A stretch of DNA of 64,000 bases from Tubulanus polymorphus (GCF_964204645.1 NC_134036.1:9527859-9591858), one strand, 5' to 3'; numbered from the stretch's first letter, positions 25,801-35,842 are shown. The notes: generated by a model not told the origin, from the letters alone. Program-made: numbers and translations.

Positions 25801-27182
25801 CCTCTTCTACATTTAAAACAGTAGTACGATTTACACGTGAATGCTGTCATCGATTTGATAACGTCGAAGTGGTTATCGGAATATAAAAGAATGATATGTC
25901 GTTCACAATCGGCTTTCCCGTTTTCATAAAGATATCTGTAACTGACGTTATCACCGGTGACAACAATCACGTGGTATTGTTTCAAAACGGTTTTGCAAAA
26001 TTTATCTAGCTCACCTAAACCACAAAGACCGACTGGAACGTTGGCCTCATGGTGTAATTGTATAGCAGCTGTTTGTTGAGCGCACTTTTCTGGATGTCTC
26101 AATTGGTCGTATGCGGGGTTATTGTCGGCTAGCGCTTTACCTACTACGAGTGCCCTCGCCAGACATATCTCGTCGTCGGGGTTGATAATGCATACAATCG
26201 ATCGTTTCGTTTTCGTGAAATTTTCTAGATTCACGCTAACGCGTTTCTTATAACCACCGCCTTCGGGTAGTCTAATAAAAATGCAATGGAAAATTATTCC
26301 ATTCACATCCAACGATTCATGCGATTGCAACACCTTTCCGATCGTATCTACTATGAACTCTAAAGAGAGTTCCCTGACATTCATCAGCGGAAAGTTGATA
26401 TTGCCGTTTAAATCGGGATGTTCGATTGACAACCTCATGTGATCGCGATCAGTGGCACCCATCATCTCGAAGATTCCCTCCATGATTGTATTTATTGAAT
26501 TACGAATGAGTGTACTAATCTCAGGCGGTTGGTCATCCTGAGTATCGTTCGATGGTTCGTCGTCATCGGGCATGTTGAGGGTTGCTTTAAACACATCGGT
26601 TTTCATCGAAAACTTTTTACTCTCTTGTCGATGCATCTGGAAAGACCATGAATTACAACGTTTTAAAACATTGAAAATATTTCACATTAACTTATATTTT
26701 ATAATTATATAGCTTCTTTATAAAAGTAAAGCGATACATACTCTTCGTAACGTAATACCGTCTTTTATTATTTCGTCGTATGCGTCTGTTCGTTTCCTTT
26801 TCTGTTTCGGTTCTTCTTCGCTGGTACTGGGTTTTTGAATGCAAACTTCGGAGTGTTTTTTCAACCCTGTTACGCTCCCAAACACTTTGGTACACCACGT
26901 GCATCGGAATTCGGAAGATTTTGTATTCGTCATTGAAGTACTACTACTCGCTGCGGGTGATGACACGTGCGGTAACGGATCTGTTGTTGTTGTTGTTGTT
27001 TGGGGTGATGATAGTCGGTGTTGTCTCGACTTCATGTGTCGAACCAGGGCATCCTTCCTACCGAATGCCTTCCCGCACAACGAGCACTTAAACCCTTTCT
27101 TGCCGATATGCGTCATTTCGTGGCGTTCGAGTACGTGTTTGTATTCGAACGTTTTTCCACAAATTTTACAATCATGCACCAT
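22866..27182 (-). pseudogene. Protein-primed family B DNA polymerase with N-terminal C2H2 exon, OTU-like protease region, exonuclease and Vsr-like nuclease insert; one in-frame stop
   Basis: Exo motifs FDFET, AHNFMSFDGYF, YCRSDVDIL; Pol motifs YIDICSLYP, KLCLNSMWGKLGQ, YSDTDS, GPKNY; DEICLARA..NHFDV (OTU-like); VDGF..YEFNGCYFHGC..QMWEHD; phase-0 intron 26741-26637; TAA at 25091-25089 joins the two ORFs in frame. Confidence 0.92.
26742..27182 (-). CDS. C2H2 zinc-finger exon (3 fingers), probably exon 1 of pPolB
   Basis: [50 protein letters not shown]; gtatgt donor after exactly 147 codons. Confidence 0.8.
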
Positions 27183-27316
27183 TTTTTCTTTTTGTTTTCT
27201 GAAAAATATAACAAACCCCCGGAAAATTAGTTATACATTTTATCAATCATTAAAAGAGATATACTTAAACATATACTCGATATACCCGAAAAAAGCGTGT
27301 AATATAGTTTTTTAAA

Positions 27317-27964
27317 ATGACTGAATATACCGGCCCTCGAAATTTGATTCACCCGATGACCGCCTTAGTTAGTGGTCCCACCGGATGTGGAAAAACATGA
27401 CTCGTGAAAAACATCATCAAAGAAAAAGTTATAAACGAACCGCCAGAGAAAATTTACTGGTTTTACGGGGAAGCGCAGTCGAAGTTATTCGCGGACCTAC
27501 AGGATGAAGGGGTGACGTTTATTCAAGGATTTTCATCAGAGATTTACGAAAATATAGATGGTAGTCAACGTACTTTGATAATTATCGATGATTTGATTGA
27601 TGAAATTGCGTCAGACAAAAATCTAGCGGTCATTTATACAAAGGGGTCACACCATAAAAACATATCGGTGATCACTATAGTTCAAAATTTATTTCCCAAA
27701 GGGCGACAATTCAGAAACATTAGTCTTAATTGTCACTATATAATAGCGTTCAAGTCGGCGAGGGACAGAAATCAAATAAAAACTCTAGCGCAACAAGCCG
27801 GTCTGAGGAAGGAAGTCGAATACGCGTTCAAAGATGCTACTAAAAATCCTCACGGATATTTGTTATTGGACTTCAAACCTCACACGGAAGATAGATGGCG
27901 TATAAGGACCCGCATTCTACCTAGCGATAAATACCACGTTGTATATAAACCGAGAAAAACTTAA
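27317..27964 (+). pseudogene. FtsK/A32-like genome-packaging ATPase with an in-frame TGA
   Basis: ATG 27317; Walker A GPTGCGKT followed by TGA (27398-27400); Walker B LIIIDD; SHHKNISVITIVQNLF; GYLLLD. Confidence 0.92.
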
Positions 27965-28006
27965 GCATTAAAAGTAACTGTCCGAGATTTCGATAATGTT
28001 GTGAAT

Positions 28007-28443
28007 ATGATTAAAAGGATGGCCAAGTCGCGAAGTGTACTACCCGCGAAACGTCGCAAACCCGATAAGCATAGTAATATTAAAAAGTATACGCCCCATC
28101 TACACGTATTGGCAACATCTGATCGGAAACTAAGAAAAGGAGTTGTTGACAATGCGCCTTTAGGATTCATTAAATGTTTGTCGGAAATGTGTATGAATTC
28201 GCTCGTCGGAAATATACCGCACAGTGCAAAAGAGAAACGCGTTTTGAAACAGCATAAACGATACATACGTATGCTAGCAAACAAATCTCTTGCAGGGAAA
28301 CACAAACGGAATTATTTCGCAAAAAGGTGGCTCTTTGCCATTCTTATTACCGGCTTTATTACCCGCTCTCGGTGGTCTAGCGGCTAGTGCAGCAGGAGCT
28401 GCTATAGGAGCAACGATCGAAAACAAAATTAGAAATGGCTAAC
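28007..28443 (+). pseudogene. Basic core protein with adenovirus protein X-like tail; frameshifted
   Basis: Basic N-terminus CLSEMCMNSLVGNIP; after a 1-nt shift at ~28315-28320 it reads QKGGSLPFLLPALLPALGGLAASAAGAAIG..NG*. Confidence 0.7.
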
Positions 28444-29130
28444 CCTGTTGAGAAACTCATTATCGTACCCGAATCAATGTTGACCTTATTACAAGAATAT
28501 CTAGAAGAACGACAACTCGACGACAAAACTGTTTTGTCGAATGAAAAGAATTATTTCGTTTACAATCAACGTTTACATCAAATCTTGAAAGATAGGGATT
28601 CACCTACGCAGATACCCGACGTACCAGAGAAAATACAGAATGAACCCGAAGCGGAAAGAGAAGAAAAACATCAACATGAAACGCCATTCGAAATTGATAA
28701 CATTCTCAAACTTTTACCACAAAGATATCATGAAAAATCGGGACAGATTTTACGTATGTTTAAGAATAATTCTCACTTGATAGACTGGAACGAACGTATG
28801 GAAATAAACTTCAAGGGAATTTTAGTGCCGAATAGTAATTTGATTGATTTGTTATATACGTCAATGGTTCAGTCGAGCAATTTTAACGCACCGGGTATGG
28901 ATGAATTTGTCGAAACGTTCCAAATACTAAATATACCCGTAACGCTCGTAAATAATGGTAAATTACGCGATATGATAAAAATGACTTCTCTTACCATTGA
29001 TGCGAAGCCTAAGCGTAAAAGAGCCTTAGTTCTCGGTGTAGATGACGAGTCCGATGTCAATCAGCGCGGTTCTGGACGACAAGTTGTGAAACGAAATAAA
29101 GACAAATGTAATAAATGGATCTTCTTTTAA
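28435..29130 (+). CDS. Conserved Polinton protein of unknown function
   Basis: IDWNERMEINFKGILVPNSNLIDLL..PGMDEFVETFQILNIPVTLVNN..KWIFF resembles the ORF commonly found between the pX-like gene and integrase. Confidence 0.75.
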   Translation: MANPVEKLIIVPESMLTLLQEYLEERQLDDKTVLSNEKNYFVYNQRLHQILKDRDSPTQIPDVPEKIQNEPEAEREEKHQHETPFEIDNILKLLPQRYHEKSGQILRMFKNNSHLIDWNERMEINFKGILVPNSNLIDLLYTSMVQSSNFNAPGMDEFVETFQILNIPVTLVNNGKLRDMIKMTSLTIDAKPKRKRALVLGVDDESDVNQRGSGRQVVKRNKDKCNKWIFF

Positions 29131-29241
29131 TACGAATCTAACAATAAATACTATTATCATTATTATTATGTAATGACAACATATGTCGCTCTCTTCATTT
29201 GTCTACACGGAGTACCCGTTTATACACGAATCGTCATTAAA

Positions 29242-29796
29242 ATGGAGATAGTCAACGTGGTCGGAACGGCTTGCTTAAACTGTGAAATTGATCTAACTAG
29301 TTTAGCTAATACAGAAAGTAACATTATTTACAACAAACGTAATTTCAGTGGAGCGATATGGAAACATCGGAAAGTCGATGGAACTTGTTTATTATTTAGA
29401 AATGGTAAAATGGTAATAACGGGTTCGAAAAGTATATCTCGGAACAAACAAGCAGCGAGACAATTTGGTCGAAAAGTGCAAAAGTTGGGATATAAAGTTA
29501 CATTTTCCGATTTCAAAGTACAAACTATTTCGGCTGTGAAGAAAACTGGAAAACGAATTTCTCTGAAAACTCTTGACAATTTGCTGGGTAGCAGCTCGAG
29601 TTATGAACCAGAAATATTTCCCGGACTCGTTTATACAGCGGAAAATGGAATAAAATGTATCGTACATAACGGTGGAACAATCATCTTAACAGGAGCTAGA
29701 AATGAACGCGTTATAGAAGATGTGTACTCTAACATTGTTTTAAATATCCTTCTCTGTCACGACTCTTTTAAAAAAAACTTTATAAAGTCGTATTAG
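29242..29796 (+). CDS. Divergent TATA-box-binding-protein-like protein (two-repeat core only)
   Basis: IVNVVGTACLNCEIDL, YNKRNF, CLLFRNGKMVITGSKS, AARQFGRKVQKLGY..FSDFKVQ, SSYEPEIFPGLVY, GTIILTGAR align with the TBP core; upstream in-frame ATG at 29173. Confidence 0.92.
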   Translation: MEIVNVVGTACLNCEIDLTSLANTESNIIYNKRNFSGAIWKHRKVDGTCLLFRNGKMVITGSKSISRNKQAARQFGRKVQKLGYKVTFSDFKVQTISAVKKTGKRISLKTLDNLLGSSSSYEPEIFPGLVYTAENGIKCIVHNGGTIILTGARNERVIEDVYSNIVLNILLCHDSFKKNFIKSY

Positions 29797-29798
29797 TA

Positions 29799-30095
29799 TT
29801 GATGATGCTGATGATTATGGAGAAGATTGTGAGATTTATGTTATACGGATTATTCGAAATGACACACATATACGTGATATTTATACCTAGAAATTATCTA
29901 GACGACATCAATCGTATGGTGACAACTTTCGTCGAAAAACGTAGTGACGTGAATAGCTTAAAAACGATTCTAAAGGAACTCGATATGTCCGGTAATCTAT
30001 TTCGTAAAATTGTTGGCGCGATATTTTGTATAAAATTAACTAAAACATTACCCACTCAGAAGTATGTTATAAAGAAACTTTATATGATTTTTTGA
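29799..30095 (+). CDS. Hypothetical protein, possibly degenerate
   Basis: ORF followed by AATAAA; no recognisable motif. Confidence 0.3.
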   Translation: MMMLMIMEKIVRFMLYGLFEMTHIYVIFIPRNYLDDINRMVTTFVEKRSDVNSLKTILKELDMSGNLFRKIVGAIFCIKLTKTLPTQKYVIKKLYMIF

Positions 30096-30346
30096 AATAA
30101 AAAATGTTCAAACCTAATTTTGCGTAATTAAATTTTCTATCAAACCCAAGTTTACTCAATCGGGAATTTTGTCGAACCTTTTGGTATTTTCCCTTTTTAA
30201 TTTGTAAAACCGGAAATTAATGGCATATAAATATGTTCAAACAGGAAATAGAGTTTCATTTCTTTATTACGAACCTGGTTTGGTATAAGATCCTTTAAAA
30301 GGCTACATACCGCGTGTAAACATCTCTATTATAATTATTTGCAAAC

Positions 30347-30616
30347 ATGTGTAGTAAGGTATTGAAATTGTGCTGCTGTTTAGCCGATAAAAATTTAGAG
30401 TCGAACTGCAAGTTTAGTAAAATAAATTGTATTTCCTCTTGTTGTCGAGGTAATACAATCGTAATTGATAATAATGACAAAGTTGACAGAAATGCAGAAC
30501 AAGTGGTTGAAAAAAGTATATTTCACACCAAAACATCCCGGTTCTTTTGGAAGCGTTCAAACTCTAACCAGACTAGCAAAAGTAAACGGTCAGAAGATTT
30601 CTCGAAGACAAATTAA
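30347..30616 (+). CDS. Small Cys-rich ORF overlapping the integrase 5' end in another frame
   Basis: aaacATG context, TATA-like tataaata at ~30226, LCCCL..NC..NCISSCC. Confidence 0.45.
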   Translation: MCSKVLKLCCCLADKNLESNCKFSKINCISSCCRGNTIVIDNNDKVDRNAEQVVEKSIFHTKTSRFFWKRSNSNQTSKSKRSEDFSKTN

Positions 30617-31577
30617 TGATTGGTTGTTAAGCCAGGAAGTATACACCCTACATGCACCGGCCCGGAAACGATTTCCGAGAAACAAAACCGTCGCGTACAG
30701 ACTTAACTCACAATTTCAAGCCGATTTGTGTGACGTTTCCAACATATCGAAACATAACGATAATCATCGATTCATTTTGGTAACGATTGACGTACTAAGT
30801 CGTTACGCATGCGCAGAACCGATTAAAAACAAGTTTCCATCATCGGTTATCGAAGGTTTTAAGAAGATTTTCAGAAAAAGGAAGCCGAAAATATTACAAA
30901 GTGACGCGGGTAAGGAGTTTACGGCTAGTGTAACGCAAAGCTATTTCAAAGATGTCGGAATTCATTTTTTCACGACTAACAACGAAACCAAGTGCGCTAT
31001 AGTAGAGCGATTTATACGGACTTTAAAGTCAAAATTGTATAAAGTTTTTTCGCATCGAAATTCTTACAAATATCTGGATGTACTTCAAGACGTAATAACG
31101 TCGTACAACAAATCATACCATCGCAGTATTAAAACGCGACCTGCTGATGTCGACATGTTTTCGGAATATAAAGTGTTTAAAACCCTGTATGGAGACCCCG
31201 ATGTAAAGAAAAGAAAAAAGCAGAAATTCAAATTCAAAATCGGCGATATCGTCCGTATCAGCGAAACAAAAGGAAAATTCCAAAAGGGCTATCTGCCGTC
31301 GTATAGCACAGAATTGTTCAAGGTTGTAAAATGTATTGATCGCGTTCCACAAGTATATCGTATCGCTGATAAAGATAATGAGGAAATAAAAGGCACGTTT
31401 TACGAATACGAATTGATTAAATTCAATAAAAGGATCGACCGTAGCTCGGTATTCAAGATTGATAACATTCTAAAGGCTCGTGGTAAAGGAAGTCGAAAAC
31501 AATACTTTGTGAGTTGGTACAACTATCCGGAGAAATTCAACAGTTGGATTAAAGCGCGAAATCTACAGGAATTATAA
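30474..31577 (+). CDS. Retroviral-like (rve, c-integrase) DDE integrase with C-terminal chromodomain
   Basis: FQADLCD, IDVLSRY, LQSDAGKEF, KCAIVERFIRTLK, YNKSYHRSIK; chromodomain QYFVSWYNYPEKFNSWI. Confidence 0.95.
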   Translation: MTKLTEMQNKWLKKVYFTPKHPGSFGSVQTLTRLAKVNGQKISRRQINDWLLSQEVYTLHAPARKRFPRNKTVAYRLNSQFQADLCDVSNISKHNDNHRFILVTIDVLSRYACAEPIKNKFPSSVIEGFKKIFRKRKPKILQSDAGKEFTASVTQSYFKDVGIHFFTTNNETKCAIVERFIRTLKSKLYKVFSHRNSYKYLDVLQDVITSYNKSYHRSIKTRPADVDMFSEYKVFKTLYGDPDVKKRKKQKFKFKIGDIVRISETKGKFQKGYLPSYSTELFKVVKCIDRVPQVYRIADKDNEEIKGTFYEYELIKFNKRIDRSSVFKIDNILKARGKGSRKQYFVSWYNYPEKFNSWIKARNLQEL

Positions 31578-31591
31578 AAAAATCAATCGAT

Positions 31592-32416
31592 ATGAGCGAC
31601 TTTTACATATACCTTAAAAGTGACGCGAACGGTGACATTTATCCCGACAATACGCCGCACAGTTTCAAAGTAAAACTACGAGCACCCGTCTCACTCGATG
31701 GGAGATGGGAGTGCGCTTTGCAACAAGTCAATTTCGTATTTGATTTCTATAACATTAGCACTGGTAAATTTAAATGCGTGACACCCAAAACTGGCGAAAA
31801 AGAACTAAGAATTCCAGAGGGTCGTTATTCGAGCATTGAAAAATTAATCGCGGCGATTCAAGAAAAAATAGACGAGGTTTTTAAAGATAAGATTAAAATT
31901 ACATTCAACGAAATAGAACAAAAAGTAAAGATGAGATTTTACGACAACTGCGCGTTGGTTTTTACCGAAGATATTGCATGGATTTTGGGGTTCAAAGAAC
32001 ATATACCGATCACGAACGCGTTACTGGATGTAAGGCAAGGGGACAAGGAGCCTGGACCCAAGTTGACCGTCAGAAGAGCTGATTTTGATTCGTACGAGTA
32101 TATAGACGTGAGCGCCTCGCGCTGTGTCGATATCGAAACTGATTATCACAATTTAATGATTTATACCGACATAATAGAACATCAGATGGTCGGTGGTCAA
32201 AGCGCGAATTTGTTAAGAATGGTAGCTTTGAAATCTGGACATGTCGGAAAAATAGTCGGTATCGAATTTACTAAGGCTCAGTATTTTCCTGTACAGAAGA
32301 ATAATTTTCAAACGATAGAAATCTTTATAAGGCGTGAATCCGGTAAAATACCTTATTTCCGTAGAGGGAAATTTAACTGCGTTTTACATTTCAAACGAAA
32401 ACATCTACTGTTATAA
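31592..32416 (+). CDS. Minor capsid protein (penton, single jelly-roll)
   Basis: FYIYLKSDA..YPDNTPHSFKVKL..LDGRWECAL; IYTDIIEHQMVGG..NLLR; VLHFKR; canonical position. Confidence 0.85.
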   Translation: MSDFYIYLKSDANGDIYPDNTPHSFKVKLRAPVSLDGRWECALQQVNFVFDFYNISTGKFKCVTPKTGEKELRIPEGRYSSIEKLIAAIQEKIDEVFKDKIKITFNEIEQKVKMRFYDNCALVFTEDIAWILGFKEHIPITNALLDVRQGDKEPGPKLTVRRADFDSYEYIDVSASRCVDIETDYHNLMIYTDIIEHQMVGGQSANLLRMVALKSGHVGKIVGIEFTKAQYFPVQKNNFQTIEIFIRRESGKIPYFRRGKFNCVLHFKRKHLLL

Positions 32417-32835
32417 TGAGGACTGTTTGCCAAATAGATCACGCCGCGTGTTGTAGATATTACTCGAGTCAAGGTGGATCAGGGATAGATATATACACCT
32501 CACACCCCGTACAGGGTGGCCGCGGACTAGGATCCGCGGTGAGTGGTTTGACTCGTAAGGCGATACCGTTTTTGAAGAATATCGCGTCCACAGTTACACC
32601 TTACGTAATAAAAACAGGCGTCAAGGTTTTCGGTGATTATTTAAGAGGATGGCCGTTAGGGGTCTCTATTAAAAACCGTGCATCGGAGACCGCGAGCGAA
32701 GCTCTGAATTCAACTTTCAACGTTAGAAAGGAACAGGTTTTAAAAAGCAAGAAACGGCGTCGCATCAGCCGCGGACGTTTAGTAGCACGTGGTAGGAGAC
32801 ACAACGATTCTTTAACAGAAACAGAAGCCTACTAG
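32416..32835 (+). CDS. Conserved small basic Gly-rich virion/core protein (putative adenain substrate)
   Basis: YYSSQGGSG..QGGRGLGSAVSGLTRKAIPFLK, Arg/Lys-rich tail; lies between minor and major capsid genes. Confidence 0.7.
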   Translation: MRTVCQIDHAACCRYYSSQGGSGIDIYTSHPVQGGRGLGSAVSGLTRKAIPFLKNIASTVTPYVIKTGVKVFGDYLRGWPLGVSIKNRASETASEALNSTFNVRKEQVLKSKKRRRISRGRLVARGRRHNDSLTETEAY

Positions 32836-32854
32836 AAAAATTAACTCATTGGAA

Positions 32855-34162
32855 ATGTCGCTGTTAGTGGACCCCGATTCGCCTCTGTGCGCGAGCAGTG
32901 AACTGGATTTGTTTACAGTGCCCGGATCAGTGTTTAGCTACAAACACTGCGATTATGTCGCTTACGAATCATCAACTTCAATTAGCGACAACGGGCCGAT
33001 AGTATTTAGAATTCCAAAAACGGATAAATACATAGATTTGAATTTAACTTATTTGAAATTGAAATTCCGAGTTGTAAGGGCCGACGGAAACAATCTCGAT
33101 GAAGGAAACGCAGTTTCTATGATCAACAGTTGCAACAGTTTTTTCAGCGACGTCCAAGTATCGTTTAACGATAAAATAGTAACGCACGACAATGGACTTT
33201 ACCCGCTCAGGTGTGAAATTGAAAATTTAATAAATTATAGCCACGAAACGAAAAACTATTCTTGGTTAAACTGCGACATTTACGCAAAAGATGAAAGCGG
33301 AAAAAAATCTGATTTCGATGTGAAGAAGGAAGGTGTGAATAGCGGATTAATGAAACGACATGATTATGTGACAAACAGCAAGTTAGTGACCGCGTACACT
33401 AGATTACACGCCGACGTGTTTAGAATGGACAAAGTGCTATTGAATAACGTTGATATACAAGTGAAACTACTCAGATCAAAAGATAGTTTTGTTTTAATGT
33501 CTGGTGACCAGCACGCGGACTATAGATTGAAAATAGAGAGCGCTCAGCTGCATGTCAGAACGTGTGAATTGGATAGTTCTATTTTAATGGCTCACGCTAA
33601 TACTTTGGGAAAGAAAATGGCGAAATATTTCTTTACACGATCTGAAATGCATACGATTAATATCCCTAAAGGACATAGAACTATTACTAAAGATTCGTTG
33701 TTTTTAGGTGAAATTCCAAGAGCTATAATAGCTTGTTTTGTAGAAGACGAAGCAATGTCTGGTAATTATAGAAAATGCCCTTACAATTTTTTAGATTACA
33801 ATTTAGCAGAAATGTCTGTTACGGTAAATAATGTTCACATCCAAAATAGCCCATTGGTTTTAGATTCCGAGGGGGATGGGGTGGAGGCATATTTCAACGC
33901 TTTACTTTCGAGAGGTATGTTATACAAAAACGAGAATTTCGGTATTAAAAGAGACGAATTTATAGCGGGAAATTTCATGTGTATTTTCAATATATCTCCT
34001 GTATTGGGCGACGACCATTTGTCTCTTATTCAACGCGGATCGTTAAAAATTCAGTTACGATTTGATAAAGATTTACCGACCAATGTAAATTTAGTTTTAC
34101 TCGCCGTGTTTGACGAAGTTTTGCTAGTCGCTGAAAACAGAGACATTACCATTGATTTTTAA
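32855..34162 (+). CDS. Major capsid protein (double jelly-roll, hexon-like)
   Basis: SELDLFTVP, GPIVFRIP, YIDLNLTYL, FFSDVQVSFND, RLHADVF..KVLLNNVD, GNYRKCPYNF, GSLKIQLRF. Confidence 0.9.
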   Translation: MSLLVDPDSPLCASSELDLFTVPGSVFSYKHCDYVAYESSTSISDNGPIVFRIPKTDKYIDLNLTYLKLKFRVVRADGNNLDEGNAVSMINSCNSFFSDVQVSFNDKIVTHDNGLYPLRCEIENLINYSHETKNYSWLNCDIYAKDESGKKSDFDVKKEGVNSGLMKRHDYVTNSKLVTAYTRLHADVFRMDKVLLNNVDIQVKLLRSKDSFVLMSGDQHADYRLKIESAQLHVRTCELDSSILMAHANTLGKKMAKYFFTRSEMHTINIPKGHRTITKDSLFLGEIPRAIIACFVEDEAMSGNYRKCPYNFLDYNLAEMSVTVNNVHIQNSPLVLDSEGDGVEAYFNALLSRGMLYKNENFGIKRDEFIAGNFMCIFNISPVLGDDHLSLIQRGSLKIQLRFDKDLPTNVNLVLLAVFDEVLLVAENRDITIDF

Positions 34163-34167
34163 AAATA

Positions 34168-34635
34168 ATGTTATACACTAATCAGATTATAGAATTAATG
34201 AAACATGACGAATGTATAAAACCTTGATTTAAAGGTGTTTTTCCGTGTGATATGATGCCGACAGTAAATATTTTGAAACCTTATGGTTTTATTGTAAATA
34301 CTGATAATTCGTATGAGCCTGGTACGCATTGGTTAAGCATATTTATAAACGGATCTAAAATCGGATTTTTCTTTGACTCTTTCGGCAAAGCACCGAATTT
34401 TTACGGTGAAATATTAACTGATTATATGCACGAAAATTGTAAGGAATGGTATTATAACTCTGTTCAATATCAAAATGTCATGTCTAGTACTTGTGGTTAT
34501 TACGCGATGTTTGTACAAATATTATTATGTCACGGACTGGATATGAATGAAATTGAAAAGTATTTTTCGAATAATAGCAAGGAAAATGATGAGATTGTTA
34601 CAGACTATATTGTAAATTATTTCAATTTGATATAA
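34168..34635 (+). pseudogene. Adenain-like cysteine maturation protease with an in-frame TGA
   Basis: ATG 34168; TGA 34225-34227 before FKGVFPCD; NTD..PGTHW, FFDSFG, QYQ..SSTCGYY. Confidence 0.9.
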
Positions 34636-35179
34636 TGGAATAAAACATATCATATACTTTAAAGAGTTTTTTTACACTTACCCCGGACTTGATTGTAGCC
34701 TTGGTTGGATATGGTCTAAATGAAGCGTCTCGGTCGGAACTTGTTTTCTGCTCTCGGGAATATCGACGACAAAACGACTATCTATTTCGAGGACTAAATT
34801 TGAAGTGAAATTGACGGTATTCGTACCTAGTTAAATACTTACGTAGGATAGCTTCAAACTCAACAGTGGGGTAAGGGGAGGATTTCACGGCGATAGTATT
34901 ATTATATAGATATTATATAATATTGGGAAAAATATGGATTACGGTTGTCCCCTAGTGTTATTTGGTTGGTCACACATGGTACCCCCCCACGAATACCGGG
35001 TTAATGATTCATGATATTAATTATAAACTTGGAAATAGAAATGAAAAATAATATTTTCATATAATGTTTTAAAGCAAAAGCAAAGCGAGGAGAGGCAAAC
35101 GTAACCAGCTCTTTTTGGAATTTTAGGTTGGTCTTGAAAAAGACCTTTTTTTTTTTCGTATACATCAGATACGTGTATA

Positions 35180-35842
35180 TTAAAATATATACGCGTTCTG
35201 AATGTTATACATCGGAATTGACCGACATTGTTCCGATGGCAGTGGATCGCTGTCATCTCTTCGGCAGTACGGACATTCGTAATGTCGTATGTTCTTTAAG
35301 CGTTTAATACACTTAACGTGGATCTGCTTTCCGCAGCACGTTGTCGGTGTATCCATACACACTTCCAAACACACACAGCACGTTAGGTCCAGAGTCGTGC
35401 TGCAAAATTCACATCGGTGGTGTTGTGAGTGATCGATTTTGTCGCAGCAATCATCACATATCGGCGTACGACAACACGGTATCTGATTGGTTGTGAAGTG
35501 GAGCGCACACCCTCTGCATACTTCATCATTCCTTAGGGCAGGAACCGAACCAGTACACCCATTGCGGAAAATGGGGTCTAGATGTTCTTCGAACCCAATG
35601 ATTCGCATCATTGGGCACATGATCCTTGACTGGTCCCCTTGGTCCTCAGCCGCGTTGTCGAAGCAGGTATCGCAAATTATTTTATTGCAACATCTAGTTA
35701 CAAACTCGTATGGGTTTACGCCATAGCGTAAAATCTCCATACAGGAGTGACATTTTATGACGCCCCGCTCTGAACAAAATACCGGAACGGTATGAATTTC
35801 CACTTCTTCTTCATTTTTCCAAAATACTGGAGAATACGCCAT
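35180..35842 (-). CDS. Triple RING-like zinc-finger protein (putative E3 ligase)
   Basis: CHSC..RCCNKIICDTC..CPM; CRGC..PCCRTPICDDC..CEFC; CCVCLE..TCCGKQIHVKC..CPYCR. Confidence 0.75.
   Translation of the reverse strand: MAYSPVFWKNEEEVEIHTVPVFCSERGVIKCHSCMEILRYGVNPYEFVTRCCNKIICDTCFDNAAEDQGDQSRIMCPMMRIIGFEEHLDPIFRNGCTGSVPALRNDEVCRGCALHFTTNQIPCCRTPICDDCCDKIDHSQHHRCEFCSTTLDLTCCVCLEVCMDTPTTCCGKQIHVKCIKRLKNIRHYECPYCRRDDSDPLPSEQCRSIPMYNIQNAYIF

Noticed and set aside
27398-34227. TGA=Trp alternative genetic code or programmed readthrough in the Polinton
   Set aside because: TGG is used normally and pPolB itself ends in TGA. A TAA lesion and a frameshift also occur, and a few nonsense changes are compatible with the observed TIR divergence.
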